55,037 nt of DNA. Source: an uncultured Gammaproteobacteria bacterium. Its GTDB lineage: Bacteria; Patescibacteriota; Patescibacteriia; UBA11705; JABHMO01. The translations under genes and the position numbers were made by a program. How positions within the stretch are numbered: position 1 is the stretch's first letter; each line of letters begins with the position of its first letter. The notes beneath the pieces were generated by a model. It ran no database searches and had not been told where the DNA came from. It saw nothing but the letters and a program-made list of their open reading frames with translations. Below, piece by piece: positions 1-8,715 of the stretch. Location: the NCBI GenBank assembly GCA_964584985.1, contig CAZPBK010000006.1, positions 1 to 55,037 of the forward strand. Reading direction: 5' to 3'.

Positions 1-20
1 TTGAAAGAATAGTCCTCCGG

Positions 21-365
21 TTAAAAAGAGATCACCGAGAGTTCTACTCTGCAGAAATTGTCAGGCTGAAAAGCCTTTTCACAGAGTGGGTTGGTTTCCG
101 AGTCGCAGGTCCAGACGCCTTCAACCCAGCCGTAGAGTTCCCGCATTTCCTGTTCGGTTTCCGGAGCCGGAGCGCTACGATCCATTTCCTTGAAAATGCT
201 CATATCCAAGGTGTTGAGATCGGCTTGGTTGTCCGGGCCGGAGCTCTCGTCATAGGAGTAGGTGTCGTTGGAATGTTGGTCGTTGTTTTCTTCAGATTCG
301 GAGCCTCCCAAACATCCGAAGGCCAGTGTCAAAGAACAAAAAATTGCCAAGGTCAGTTTTTTCAT
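21..365 (-). CDS. small secreted lipoprotein, function unknown
   Basis: 114-aa ORF. Signal peptide with a lipobox-like LAFGC, followed by an acidic Ser/Asp/Glu-rich mature region. AAGGAGG sits 7 nt upstream of the ATG. Local G+C is high (36/60 at 121-180). Confidence 0.6.
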   Translation of the reverse strand: MKKLTLAIFCSLTLAFGCLGGSESEENNDQHSNDTYSYDESSGPDNQADLNTLDMSIFKEMDRSAPAPETEQEMRELYGWVEGVWTCDSETNPLCEKAFQPDNFCRVELSVISF

Positions 366-431
366 GATTTCCTCCTTATCCGTTTTTTTACGGATATTGA
401 TTGTTAATAAAAATGACCTTTGTTCATTAGG

Positions 432-460
432 ATGTTAGCATGTTTGGTTTATTTTGTCAA
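432..460 (-). promoter_or_regulatory. sigma70-like promoter for the 21-365 gene
   Basis: On the minus strand: TTGACA (rc of 455-460), 17 nt spacer, TAACAT (rc of 432-437). Confidence 0.45.
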
Positions 461-477
461 GGTTTTGGGTAAATTTA

Positions 478-520
478 CGCCGTTGTAGGGACAGAACAGT
501 GTTCTGTCCCTACAACGGCG
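478..520. repeat. 43-nt perfect palindrome (REP-like hairpin with GTAG) overlapping the RayT stop codon
   Basis: CGCCGTTGTAGGGACAGAACA-G-TGTTCTGTCCCTACAACGGCG. It shares the GGACAGAACA core with the palindromes inside the adjacent ORF. Confidence 0.85.
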
Positions 521-1256
521 CATGGTTTTGATTTTTATGTTTTTCCTGCCATTTTTTGGGGTTGTTTTTTATATAATTTCGGGTGCGGATTAATTCGTTT
601 TCATTGCGCAGGAGGCGGTCGTGAAATGAACGATGCCATTGAAAATCATAGATATTTAAATTTGATCGGATGTTTTTGGTAATTTCGTTTTTAAATGATT
701 TTATTATTTTTGATAATAATCCATAATTTTGAATGCGGGCAGAACAATGTTCTGCCCGTACATTGTGATGAAATTTTTTCGTAGGGACAGAACATTGTTC
801 TGTCCGGGATATCCGGGATGTCCGGGATATCCGGGATGCCCGTGCATTATGATGAAAATTTTTCGTAGGGACAGAACATTGTTCTGTCCGGGATATCCGG
901 GATGCCCGGGATGTCCGGAATGCCCGTGCATTATGATGAAATTTTTTCTGTTCTGTCCTCATGTATGTTCGGAAATTTCGTGGATTTTCCGTGTTTTTTT
1001 TGATTTGGATAATCCCGTGTATATGATCGGGCATAATTATGTATTCATTAAGTTTAATGTTTTTATAAAATTCAGGAATTAAGTTCCAGAATTTATTAAT
1101 TGTTTTGCCCAAGGGATTAAGTTCCATTTTTTGATTTATAATTTTGCCGAACCAATCAAATTTTTCTTTAGTGCAAATGGTGACATGATAAAACCCGGGC
1201 AAGGAATAATCAATGTTTTTATGGCGGTTTAATTTTCTTTGTGGGCCGATATACAT
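510..1256 (-). CDS. REP-associated tyrosine (Y1/HUH, IS200-like) transposase RayT, carrying an in-frame repeat insertion
   Basis: 248-aa ORF. N-terminal YHVTICTKEKF, HUH motif MPDHIHGIIQI, C-terminal FQWHRSFHDRLLRNE...RNYIKNNP with the catalytic Tyr context. The central segment is encoded by 84-bp tandem repeats. Confidence 0.8.
   Translation of the reverse strand: MYIGPQRKLNRHKNIDYSLPGFYHVTICTKEKFDWFGKIINQKMELNPLGKTINKFWNLIPEFYKNIKLNEYIIMPDHIHGIIQIKKNTENPRNFRTYMRTEQKKFHHNARAFRTSRASRISRTEQCSVPTKNFHHNARASRISRTSRISRTEQCSVPTKKFHHNVRAEHCSARIQNYGLLSKIIKSFKNEITKNIRSNLNIYDFQWHRSFHDRLLRNENELIRTRNYIKNNPKKWQEKHKNQNHAPL
736..960. repeat. tandem 84-bp repeats (about 2.4 copies) containing GTAG-flanked 21-23-nt palindromes and 9-nt CCGGGATNT sub-repeats
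   Basis: Units at 757-840, 841-924 and 925-960 (partial). Palindromes at 736-758, 785-805 and 869-889 (GGACAGAACA-T-TGTTCTGTCC). The overlapping ORFs 704-931(-) and 729-1082(+) are artefacts of the repeat. Confidence 0.9.
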
Positions 1257-1465
1257 ACATATTTATTATACAATTTTTTTCCTTACCAAAAAAACGAATT
1301 TTGTCAGACCCGCCTGACAATTTTTTGTTGATTTTTATACTTAAAAATCATTGATAATTATTTTTGACGAAAGTGGATAACATTTGATTTTAGAAACTGA
1401 TTTTAGATTTATATGATAATAATGCGCAAAGGCTCTTTGACAACTTAACCCAAAAGGAGGGGAAA

Positions 1466-2146
1466 ATGAAAAGCCTGAAAATGAATATTTGGTTTTTATC
1501 ATTAATTCTGCTCGGTTCGGCTTGTTCCACCGGAGCGGTTTATTCTAAATCAAGGGAGTTTTTCCAAAGACAAGTGGCCAAACCGGGAAACTATGAAAAA
1601 TTCTCGGTTATTGACAAAAAGGTCAAATTAAAGCAAGATCAAAGTATAAGCATGTCCAGCTTTGGTTATAACCCGCGTCGTTGGGAAAAATCTCAGCTGG
1701 AAGAATTCCACTTTGCCTTGGTCTGGTTGGAAGATCCCAAATTGCTGGATCGCCAGATTTATCTGGTTAAACAGGTTGGTCGATCAATCTTGTTTTGTTA
1801 TGTTGAACCTCAAGAAAAGGAGAGTCAAGAAAAAAGAAAAAGCGTGGTTTATTACAGTGTTTTTTTGCTAAAACTGCACAAGGAGGATCAAGCTCAGGTC
1901 ATTGATTGGCCAGATTATTTGCGCGAATATCTGGGCGCGGATTATTTCAGTCATCGTCAAATCAGGATTGGCGATCGGCCGGTAATCCAGCTTAATTGGG
2001 ACAGCGATTATTATTGGAACGCTCCGATAATTTTTGCTCAGCAAAAAGAGTATGTGGCGCAGATTATTCAGCTTTATCATGGCCAAAGCCGAACCAGAGT
2101 CAACCAAATCTTTAACAAGTTTCCTTGGCGAACCTTTGTTCGCTAA
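1466..2146 (+). CDS. hypothetical lipoprotein
   Basis: 226-aa ORF. Signal peptide ending LLGSAC (lipobox). AAAGGAGG SD 6 nt upstream of the ATG. Confidence 0.65.
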   Translation: MKSLKMNIWFLSLILLGSACSTGAVYSKSREFFQRQVAKPGNYEKFSVIDKKVKLKQDQSISMSSFGYNPRRWEKSQLEEFHFALVWLEDPKLLDRQIYLVKQVGRSILFCYVEPQEKESQEKRKSVVYYSVFLLKLHKEDQAQVIDWPDYLREYLGADYFSHRQIRIGDRPVIQLNWDSDYYWNAPIIFAQQKEYVAQIIQLYHGQSRTRVNQIFNKFPWRTFVR

Positions 2147-2179
2147 ATACTAACTCATTACCAGCAAAAGGAGAAAACT

Positions 2180-2842
2180 ATGAAAACAGTTCAAAGCACT
2201 TTGATTGTTTTTGTTCTTTTGGGAATGGTGGCCTTGGTTGGTTGCACTCGCTATGTTGAGCCTGAAGCTCAAAACAAGGCAACTGATCAAACGCAACCAA
2301 GTCCAAACCTTGAACAATCGGCAGACAACCAACAACCTGCGGATAATTCCGCAGCCGCCTTGGTCGGGGACTACAACTTTATGTACCCGCAAGGCTGGCA
2401 ATTGACTGATTCCACGGAAAACGGGCAAACCGTTATTACCATTCAAAACACTGACAAGCAGATTGTGCTGGGTGGAGTGGCGCCGGATGATTATTACATT
2501 GAATCAGACGGTAAAAATGCGGTTAACACGGAAAAGTATGCAAACAGTTATATTAAGATGGTTATGACTGTTTATCCGGAATATGCTGAAACCGCTTGGG
2601 ATGAATTTTTTGACAGTGAATTTCCACAAATAGTGGAAGAGCATAAATTTGCTCAGTTGCCTTATCGTGAAGATTTGGAAACCGTGCAAGTGAGTAAAAC
2701 CAGCGGTCTTTTTGCCGGACAAGAAAGATTTTTTGTGCGCACGGATCAGGCGATTTATGACGCGCGTCTTTTTTACAGCCAGGATCAAAAAGACCAAGCC
2801 GTGGAAGAGTTTTACGAATTCATCAGCCAGTTTCCTTATTAA
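2180..2842 (+). CDS. hypothetical lipoprotein
   Basis: 220-aa ORF. Signal peptide with lipobox ALVGC, then a Gln/Pro/Asn-rich linker. AAAGGAG SD upstream. Confidence 0.65.
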   Translation: MKTVQSTLIVFVLLGMVALVGCTRYVEPEAQNKATDQTQPSPNLEQSADNQQPADNSAAALVGDYNFMYPQGWQLTDSTENGQTVITIQNTDKQIVLGGVAPDDYYIESDGKNAVNTEKYANSYIKMVMTVYPEYAETAWDEFFDSEFPQIVEEHKFAQLPYREDLETVQVSKTSGLFAGQERFFVRTDQAIYDARLFYSQDQKDQAVEEFYEFISQFPY

Positions 2843-2875
2843 ACAAAGGGAACTGTAAAAAACCTAAAACCGGTA

Positions 2876-2908
2876 AAGCCCCTGCTTAAATTCGGGGGCT
2901 TTATTTTT
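2876..2908 (+). terminator. intrinsic terminator
   Basis: AAGCCCC / GGGGCTT stem followed by TTATTTTT. Confidence 0.7.
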
Positions 2909-2930
2909 CTCAAACCAAAAGGAGTGGCCA

Positions 2931-5021
2931 ATGAGAAAAGCAATTGTCTTTTGTTTGGTGGTTTTGTTTTCCGGGTCGGCCTTGGGCTTTACCCTGGATG
3001 GAGTACCTTTCAAGTCTCAATCGCCTCCGGGCGATTGGAACCAAAACATGAATTGCGGTCCGGCCTCTGTTTTGATGGTCGGTGCTTATTACCAACACTT
3101 TCAACCCGGATCCGAGGATCTGGAAGCGGTTTTGGACTGGCTTTACGAGGCCGGTTATATTAGCCCGCAACCCGGAGCCGAATATTATGACGGCAACCTG
3201 ACCAACGCCAATATCTTGGAAAATCTTTTAACCGGGTTTTTTAACTTGGATCCGGTGATCAAGAAAAATTCCAATGATTGGAATTATTTGGGAGAAAAAT
3301 TGCAACAGGGCAATCCCATCATCGTTGGTGTGAATGTGGACTTGAATCCGCAAAAAATGGGTCATTTTATGGTGGTGGTCGGACAAAATCTTGATCAGAT
3401 CATTGTTCATGATCCCGGTCGCACTCAAGGCGAATATCGAGCTTATCCACGAGATCAGTTTGAAGCTTCTTGGGCCACTTCCGGTTATGTCAGCTTGGTG
3501 GTGGATATTTCGCCTGTCACTTGGCATCCGGACGGCAGTTTGGTTCAAGTGGCCGGAGAAAACCAAGTTTATTTGCTGGATCAAGGACGCCGGCATTGGA
3601 TTTTTGACGAACAAGTTTTCAATGCGTTGCACTATGACTGGCAAAAGATTATCAGTATTTCTCAAGCTGAGCTGGATTGTTATGATGACGGCGGTCAGAT
3701 TGATTGGCAACCTTATCATGAACTTTTCCGAGTGGGCGAGACTTATTATCTTTTGGAAAAATCATCTGTTGATTCGGTTAACGGGGCGATTTATGAATTT
3801 GCTTCAACCGCCGCTTTTAACAGTTGGAATATTCCGGGATATATTCAGGATTTGGCGTCAGACCAAGCCGAAACACAGTATTTCAGTCATTTTGATTATG
3901 GCGGATTACTTTATTTACGCCATGGTACTTTGGTTAAACCCGGATTTGATTTGCCCGGTTATGGTCCAGGAGTGGTTTTTGTTTGCGATGCGGACGGTTA
4001 TTTGCTGTCTTTTGAAAGCTGGGACTTGTTTACTCAAATGGGCTATGATCAATTGCCGATTATTTTGCTGGGAGAGCAAGAGTTTTACGCCAGTTATTTG
4101 GGTATTTCCGAGATGATTGACCAAACCAAGGCTTCCCAGTGCTTGAACGGCAGTTTTTCCGCTCAAGGCGGCAGTCAAGAAATTATTTTGGCTGATAATG
4201 ACGATGATGGTTATGATTATCAAGAGGATTGCAATGACAATAATCCGCAGATCAATCCCGGCCAAAGCGAGATTTGCGATGGCCTGGATAATAACTGCAA
4301 TGATTTGATTGACGAGGGATTGCTCAATGCTTGCGGTGATTGCGGTCCCGAGCCTGAAGAAGTTTGCGATGGCTTGGACAATGATTGCGATGGCTTGATT
4401 GACGAGGGATTGCTCAATGCTTGCGGTGATTGCGGTCCCGAACCTGAAGAAGTTTGTGATGGTTTGGACAATGATTGCGATGGCTTGATTGACGAGGGAG
4501 ATCTTTGTCTTGGTGATCAAATCTGTTTGAACGGTTATTGCCAGAATCAAACCCAAGAGCCGGAACCGGATGATCCGCCGGAAGATCCTCCTGAGGAAGA
4601 GCCAGAGCCTATTCAAGACGATCCTCCACCGGAAGATCCTCCTGAAGAAAACCAAGATCCCGGTCAAGACGACCCTCCGCCGGAAGAGCAAACCATTGAT
4701 CCACCTGAGGAAGAGCCTGAAATTATAGAGTGTACGGTCACTTGCCCGGGTGATATGCAGGCTTTTATTTGGTACGCCAGTTTTGGCGAAGAGACCGGGG
4801 CTTCAACAGTTACTATGTCGGCCACCAAACAAGAAATTTGTTTGCGAGGTCAGCCGTGGATTGATTTTAATTGCGCTGGTCAAAATCCCTTGTGGTCATA
4901 TTATGATCCCGGTCTGGCTCAGATTGACTGCAATGTTGATTATGAGCTGAAGATTCCGGGCATTATTGACAGCGGGGGAGAGGGAGAAGTGTGGTTTACC
5001 TCCATATCCTGCTGGCAGTAG
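2931..5021 (+). CDS. secreted papain-like (peptidase C39-like) domain protein fused to Cys-rich CDGLDNDCDGLIDEG repeats, a Pro/Glu linker and a Cys-rich C-terminal domain
   Basis: 696-aa ORF with a signal peptide. Candidate catalytic residues: NMNCGPASVLMVGAYY (Cys), GHFMVVVG (His), VHDPG. Four CxGxDNxCxxxIDEG metal-binding-type motifs, a PEDPPEE linker, and an AAAGGAG SD. Confidence 0.75.
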   Translation: MRKAIVFCLVVLFSGSALGFTLDGVPFKSQSPPGDWNQNMNCGPASVLMVGAYYQHFQPGSEDLEAVLDWLYEAGYISPQPGAEYYDGNLTNANILENLLTGFFNLDPVIKKNSNDWNYLGEKLQQGNPIIVGVNVDLNPQKMGHFMVVVGQNLDQIIVHDPGRTQGEYRAYPRDQFEASWATSGYVSLVVDISPVTWHPDGSLVQVAGENQVYLLDQGRRHWIFDEQVFNALHYDWQKIISISQAELDCYDDGGQIDWQPYHELFRVGETYYLLEKSSVDSVNGAIYEFASTAAFNSWNIPGYIQDLASDQAETQYFSHFDYGGLLYLRHGTLVKPGFDLPGYGPGVVFVCDADGYLLSFESWDLFTQMGYDQLPIILLGEQEFYASYLGISEMIDQTKASQCLNGSFSAQGGSQEIILADNDDDGYDYQEDCNDNNPQINPGQSEICDGLDNNCNDLIDEGLLNACGDCGPEPEEVCDGLDNDCDGLIDEGLLNACGDCGPEPEEVCDGLDNDCDGLIDEGDLCLGDQICLNGYCQNQTQEPEPDDPPEDPPEEEPEPIQDDPPPEDPPEENQDPGQDDPPPEEQTIDPPEEEPEIIECTVTCPGDMQAFIWYASFGEETGASTVTMSATKQEICLRGQPWIDFNCAGQNPLWSYYDPGLAQIDCNVDYELKIPGIIDSGGEGEVWFTSISCWQ
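4311..4490 (+). repeat. near-identical 2 x 90-bp tandem duplication inside the CDS
   Basis: 4311-4400 versus 4401-4490 differ at only 3 positions. Both encode DEGLLNACGDCGPEPEEVCDGLDNDCDGLI. Confidence 0.9.
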
Positions 5022-5035
5022 CGGGAAAACCAAAA

Positions 5036-5072
5036 AGAGCTGAAGTCATCACTTCAGCTCTCTTTTTTATTT
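5036..5072. terminator. bidirectional intrinsic terminator between the 2931 gene and rpmA
   Basis: AGAGCTGAAGT-CATC-ACTTCAGCTCT stem-loop with an A-run upstream and a T-run downstream. Confidence 0.8.
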
Positions 5073-5078
5073 TGGAAG

Positions 5079-5366
5079 TTATTTTTTTTCTCCCGGTTTA
5101 ACATGGACAAAGATTCTTGAGGCCAAGCGTCCGGTAAATTTTTTTACCTTTTTTTTGGTAAATTCCACAATTCCGTTTTCAGTGGCAAACAAAGTGTCAT
5201 CTGAACCTTTCATAACATTTTCTCCGGGGTGAACCTTGGTGCCTTTTTGTCTAACCAAAATATTGCCGGATTTTACTTGTTGTCCGCCATATCTTTTTAC
5301 GCCCAATCTTTTGGCTACTGAATCTCGTCCCAGCGAAGTACTGCCGCCGGCTTTTTTATGTGCCAT
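5079..5366 (-). CDS. rpmA: 50S ribosomal protein L27
   Basis: [16 protein letters not shown]...[18 protein letters not shown] is the canonical L27 sequence. Confidence 0.97.
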   Translation of the reverse strand: MAHKKAGGSTSLGRDSVAKRLGVKRYGGQQVKSGNILVRQKGTKVHPGENVMKGSDDTLFATENGIVEFTKKKVKKFTGRLASRIFVHVKPGEKK

Positions 5367-5404
5367 ATAAAGTAAAAATTTAATTTTTAGTTTAGCTGTT
5401 AATT

Positions 5405-5433
5405 ATTCTATATCAATTTATAAGTTTTGTCAA
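5405..5433 (-). promoter_or_regulatory. sigma70-like promoter of rpmA
   Basis: On the minus strand: TTGACA (rc of 5428-5433), 17 nt spacer, TAGAAT (rc of 5405-5410). Confidence 0.6.
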
Positions 5434-5560
5434 GATTTTTACCATAAGTATTCTTAGCTAAATTTATATAAAAAGTTGTTTTATTAAAAAGAAAGTTATT
5501 TTTATGACGGTTAGTTTTTTGACAAGAAGGCTTTTTTCTGGGATGCTGTAATAAAGAAAT

Positions 5561-6361
5561 ATGCAAAATTTACTGGTTATAATTATTTTAACTTTGGTTT
5601 TTCAGGGTCTGAGCTGGAATCAGGCTTTTGATTTACTGGAAGATCAATTGGCACAAATCAATAATCAACCGGAGCGATTAAAACAATTGACTGAAAATAA
5701 ACTGGTGCAAGAGAATATAATAAAAAAAATTCCGGCTGAGCTTGATTTGAAGGTGCCTTTTGTTCCTCAGGCGCCTTTGGCTGATTGGTCCATGCCGTAT
5801 CAAGAAGCTTGTGAAGAAGCGGCTTTGATCCAAACCAAATATTATTTTTCCGATCAAAAATTAACCGCGGAAAAAATGGTTCAGGAAATTTCACAAATCG
5901 TTGACTGGGAAAAGCAAAAATTCGGCTTGTACACGGATACCGCTTTGTCTGAAGTAAAGGTTATGGCTGAGGAGTATTTTAATTTGGCAACGGAAATTAT
6001 GGAAAATCCGAGCGTGGAAAATGTTAAAGCAAATCTTAACCAAGGAAATCTGATTTTGGTTCCAACCGCCGGCCAAGCTCTGGGCAATCCTTATTTTTCC
6101 GGAGCCGGACCACTGTATCATTTTGTGGTTATTCGCGGTTATACCGGGAATCAATTTATTGTTAATGATGTGGGTACCAAAAGGGGAGAAGCTTATAGAT
6201 ATGATTATGACCTTTTGCTTAGAGCCAATCATGATTTAAGTAAAAATCCGGACGGCTCCTGGTTTCGGCCGTATGATTCTCAAACCGACGATCAAACAAA
6301 ACATAAAAAAATGCTCCAAGGGGTTGCTCGCATGTTGGTGGTCAAAGGGCTTAAAAAGTAG
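5561..6361 (+). CDS. secreted peptidase C39-like (papain-fold) family protein
   Basis: 266-aa ORF with a signal peptide. VPFVPQAPLADWSMPYQEACEEAA (Cys), LYHFVVIRGY (His), IVNDVG. Confidence 0.5.
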   Translation: MQNLLVIIILTLVFQGLSWNQAFDLLEDQLAQINNQPERLKQLTENKLVQENIIKKIPAELDLKVPFVPQAPLADWSMPYQEACEEAALIQTKYYFSDQKLTAEKMVQEISQIVDWEKQKFGLYTDTALSEVKVMAEEYFNLATEIMENPSVENVKANLNQGNLILVPTAGQALGNPYFSGAGPLYHFVVIRGYTGNQFIVNDVGTKRGEAYRYDYDLLLRANHDLSKNPDGSWFRPYDSQTDDQTKHKKMLQGVARMLVVKGLKK

Positions 6362-6425
6362 TATATTTGACAAAAATATTATTTTTGCTACACTAAAACC
6401 TACTAATATAGTTGGTTTTTTTATT

Positions 6426-6809
6426 ATGAAATTTTCCACCAAAGCCGAATACGGTCTCAGAGCCATTGTTCACTTAGATAAAAAAGCTGAAAAACCGGTT
6501 TCCTTGGCTAAAATCGCCAGATTGGAGAAAATTTCCTTGCCTTATTTGGAAAGACTGTTTTCCAAACTGCGCAAGGCCGGGATTGTTCAAGCTAACAAAG
6601 GAGTTAAAGGCGGTTATTATCTAACTCAAACGGCTGATAAATTTAATGTTTATCAAATAATCAGGGTCTTGGAAGGGCCGGTGGTACCTTATAGTTGTTT
6701 GGACGCGGATAAAGCCGGAAAGTGTAAATGTCGCATCCGGCCGGTCTGGGAAAAGCTTTATAAGACAATTGTTAAGAATTTAAAAAGTATCAAATTAAGT
6801 GATTTATAA
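6426..6809 (+). CDS. Rrf2-family transcriptional regulator (IscR-like)
   Basis: MKFSTKAEYGLRAIVHL wHTH domain and a C-x9-C-x-C Cys cluster (SCLDADKAGKCKC). The ATG at 6426 is preferred over the track start at 6273, which would overlap the previous gene. Confidence 0.85.
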   Translation: MKFSTKAEYGLRAIVHLDKKAEKPVSLAKIARLEKISLPYLERLFSKLRKAGIVQANKGVKGGYYLTQTADKFNVYQIIRVLEGPVVPYSCLDADKAGKCKCRIRPVWEKLYKTIVKNLKSIKLSDL

Positions 6810-6822
6810 TTTATAATAATAT

Positions 6823-7209
6823 ATGCAATATTCTGAAATTTTAATGGATCATTTTAAAAATCCGCGCAATCAAGGCAAAATGGAAAAAGCCGATGCCAGT
6901 GGAGAAGTGGGTAATATCAAATGCGGAGATGTAATGAAGGTTTATTTAAAAGTAAAAAAAGATCCAAAAACCAAGGAAAATATAATTCAAGATATTAAAT
7001 TTGAAACCTTGGGTTGTGCGGCCGCCATTGCCGCCAGTTCGGTTTTAACTGAATTGGCTAAAGGAAAAACTTTTGAACAAGCTTTGGCCATAGATAAAAA
7101 GGACATAGTAAAAAAACTGGGCAAGGTGCCTCCGCTTAAATTTCATTGTTCTCTTTTGGCTGAACAAGCTTTAAAAAAGGCTATTGAAAACTATCAAAAA
7201 AATAATTAA
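6823..7209 (+). CDS. iscU: Fe-S cluster assembly scaffold IscU/NifU N-terminal domain protein
   Basis: Three conserved Cys contexts: NIKCGDVM, LGCAAAIAASS and KFHCSLLAEQA. Confidence 0.92.
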   Translation: MQYSEILMDHFKNPRNQGKMEKADASGEVGNIKCGDVMKVYLKVKKDPKTKENIIQDIKFETLGCAAAIAASSVLTELAKGKTFEQALAIDKKDIVKKLGKVPPLKFHCSLLAEQALKKAIENYQKNN

Positions 7210-7225
7210 AATAACTTTATAATTT

Positions 7226-7450
7226 ATGGAGAAAAAAATTAAAGATTTATTACAAAAAATAAGACCCAAACTACAGGCGGATGGAGGTGATGTGGAGTTT
7301 GTGGATTTTACCGATGACGGCGTGGTTCAGGTTAGATTAAAGGGCGCTTGCCAGGGGTGTCCCATGGCCGAGTTGACTTTAAAAGAGGGAATCGGTCGTT
7401 TATTGAAAGAAGAATTGCCGGAAGTGAAAGATATTCAAGGAGTGAAATAG
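7226..7450 (+). CDS. NifU C-terminal (Nfu-like) Fe-S domain protein
   Basis: 74 aa with IRPKLQADGGDVEFVDF...GACQGCPMA, containing the CxxC motif. Confidence 0.85.
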   Translation: MEKKIKDLLQKIRPKLQADGGDVEFVDFTDDGVVQVRLKGACQGCPMAELTLKEGIGRLLKEELPEVKDIQGVK

Positions 7451-7476
7451 TCAAAAAAAATAATTTAAACTTATTT

Positions 7477-8658
7477 ATGGATAAAATATATTTTGACAAT
7501 GCGTCCACCACGCAAATGGATCCCGAAGTTTTAAAATCAATGCGACCGTATTTTAATGAGTCTTACGGTAATGCCAGTTCACTTCATTCCTTGGGTCAAA
7601 AATCAGCCGAAGCAGTTGAATCAGCCAAAGCAAGATTGGCCGATTTTTTGCAATGTTCTCCGGCCGAGGTTTATTTTACCTCCGGAGCCACGGAAAGTAA
7701 TAATACGGTAATAAGCGGAGTGATTAATTATTATCAAGAAAAGTTTGATCGGTTACATATTATTACTTCCCAAATAGAACACCCGGCGGTTTTGGAAGTG
7801 GTTAAAAATTTGGAAAGCAATAAAACAGTGGAAGTGGATTATTTAAGTGTTAACGATTCCGGAGTGATTGATCTTAAAGAACTAAAACAAAAAATAAAAC
7901 CTTATACGGTTTTGGTTTCCGTTATGTGGGCTAATAATGAAGTTGGTTCTGTCCAGCCCATTGAAAAAATAGGCCAATTGATTGAACAGGAAAAAAGCAA
8001 AAGAAAATCCGATCAACCGCCGATTTATTTTCACAGTGATGCGGTGCAAGCGGTCAATTATCTGGATCTTTCTGTAAAAAAATCAGAAGTGGATTTTCTT
8101 AGTTTGTCAGGGCATAAAATATATGGTCCCAAAGGGGTCGGAGCTTTATATATTCGCCAAGGAGCCAAGATTAAGCCATTGATTTTTGGCGGGCATCAAC
8201 AAGACAATATTCGTCCGGGAACTTTGAATACTCCGGCCATTGTTGGTTTGGCCAAGGCGGTTGAATTAATAGAAAAAAACAAGAGTAAAGATTTACCAAA
8301 AATAAAAACCATAAAACAAAAATTGGTTTCAGGTTTGGAAAAAATTGATCAAATAAAATTTAATGGAGATTTAAAAAGTCAGTTGCCTAATATTATTAAT
8401 ATCAGTTTTTTTAAAGCTGAAGGGGAGAGTATTTTAATGATGTTGGATATGGAAGATATCTATGTTTCTACGGGTAGTGCTTGTTCTTCCGGTACATTGC
8501 AACCGTCTCATGTTTTAACGGCCATGGGTGTTAGTCCGGAATGGTCGCATGGCAGTATTAGAATTTCATTGGGTCGGTTTAACAGTTTGGAAGAGGTTGA
8601 TATTTTTTTGCAGAAAATAAATCCGATTATTAAGAAATTAAGAAAAATGGCACCGTAA
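7477..8658 (+). CDS. iscS: cysteine desulfurase (NifS/IscS family)
   Basis: MDKIYFDNASTT start, PLP-Lys context SLSGHKIYGPKG, and active-site GSACSSG. The ATG at 7477 was chosen because the track start at 7348 overlaps the nfu gene. Confidence 0.93.
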   Translation: MDKIYFDNASTTQMDPEVLKSMRPYFNESYGNASSLHSLGQKSAEAVESAKARLADFLQCSPAEVYFTSGATESNNTVISGVINYYQEKFDRLHIITSQIEHPAVLEVVKNLESNKTVEVDYLSVNDSGVIDLKELKQKIKPYTVLVSVMWANNEVGSVQPIEKIGQLIEQEKSKRKSDQPPIYFHSDAVQAVNYLDLSVKKSEVDFLSLSGHKIYGPKGVGALYIRQGAKIKPLIFGGHQQDNIRPGTLNTPAIVGLAKAVELIEKNKSKDLPKIKTIKQKLVSGLEKIDQIKFNGDLKSQLPNIINISFFKAEGESILMMLDMEDIYVSTGSACSSGTLQPSHVLTAMGVSPEWSHGSIRISLGRFNSLEEVDIFLQKINPIIKKLRKMAP

Positions 8659-8686
8659 TTTGGTGCTTTTATATTTAAAATTAAAA

Positions 8687-8715
8687 ATCTTTGTCTAAAA
8701 AGCAAAGATTTTTTT
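8687..8715. terminator. bidirectional AT-rich terminator between iscS and ftsW
   Basis: ATCTTTG / CAAAGAT stem flanked by an A-run and a T-run. Confidence 0.5.

Noticed and set aside
736-960. The regularly spaced palindromic repeats could have been a small CRISPR array.
   Set aside because: The units are contiguous 84-bp tandem repeats with no unique spacers. They lie in frame inside a transposase ORF, and no cas genes are present in the window.
4311-4490. The near-identical repeats as a diversity-generating retroelement TR/VR pair.
   Set aside because: There is no reverse transcriptase in the window. The copies are adjacent and in frame, and the 3 differences are transitions not restricted to adenines.
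3915-4691. Long antisense or alternative-frame ORFs inside large genes (for example 3915-4691(-), 3391-4116(+), 37408-38328(-), 43570-43992(-), 43788-44345(-), 9006-9611(-), 53746-54240(-)).
   Set aside because: These are shadow ORFs of repetitive or compositionally biased coding sequence. Their translations are low-complexity or implausible, and each is fully nested in a well-supported gene.
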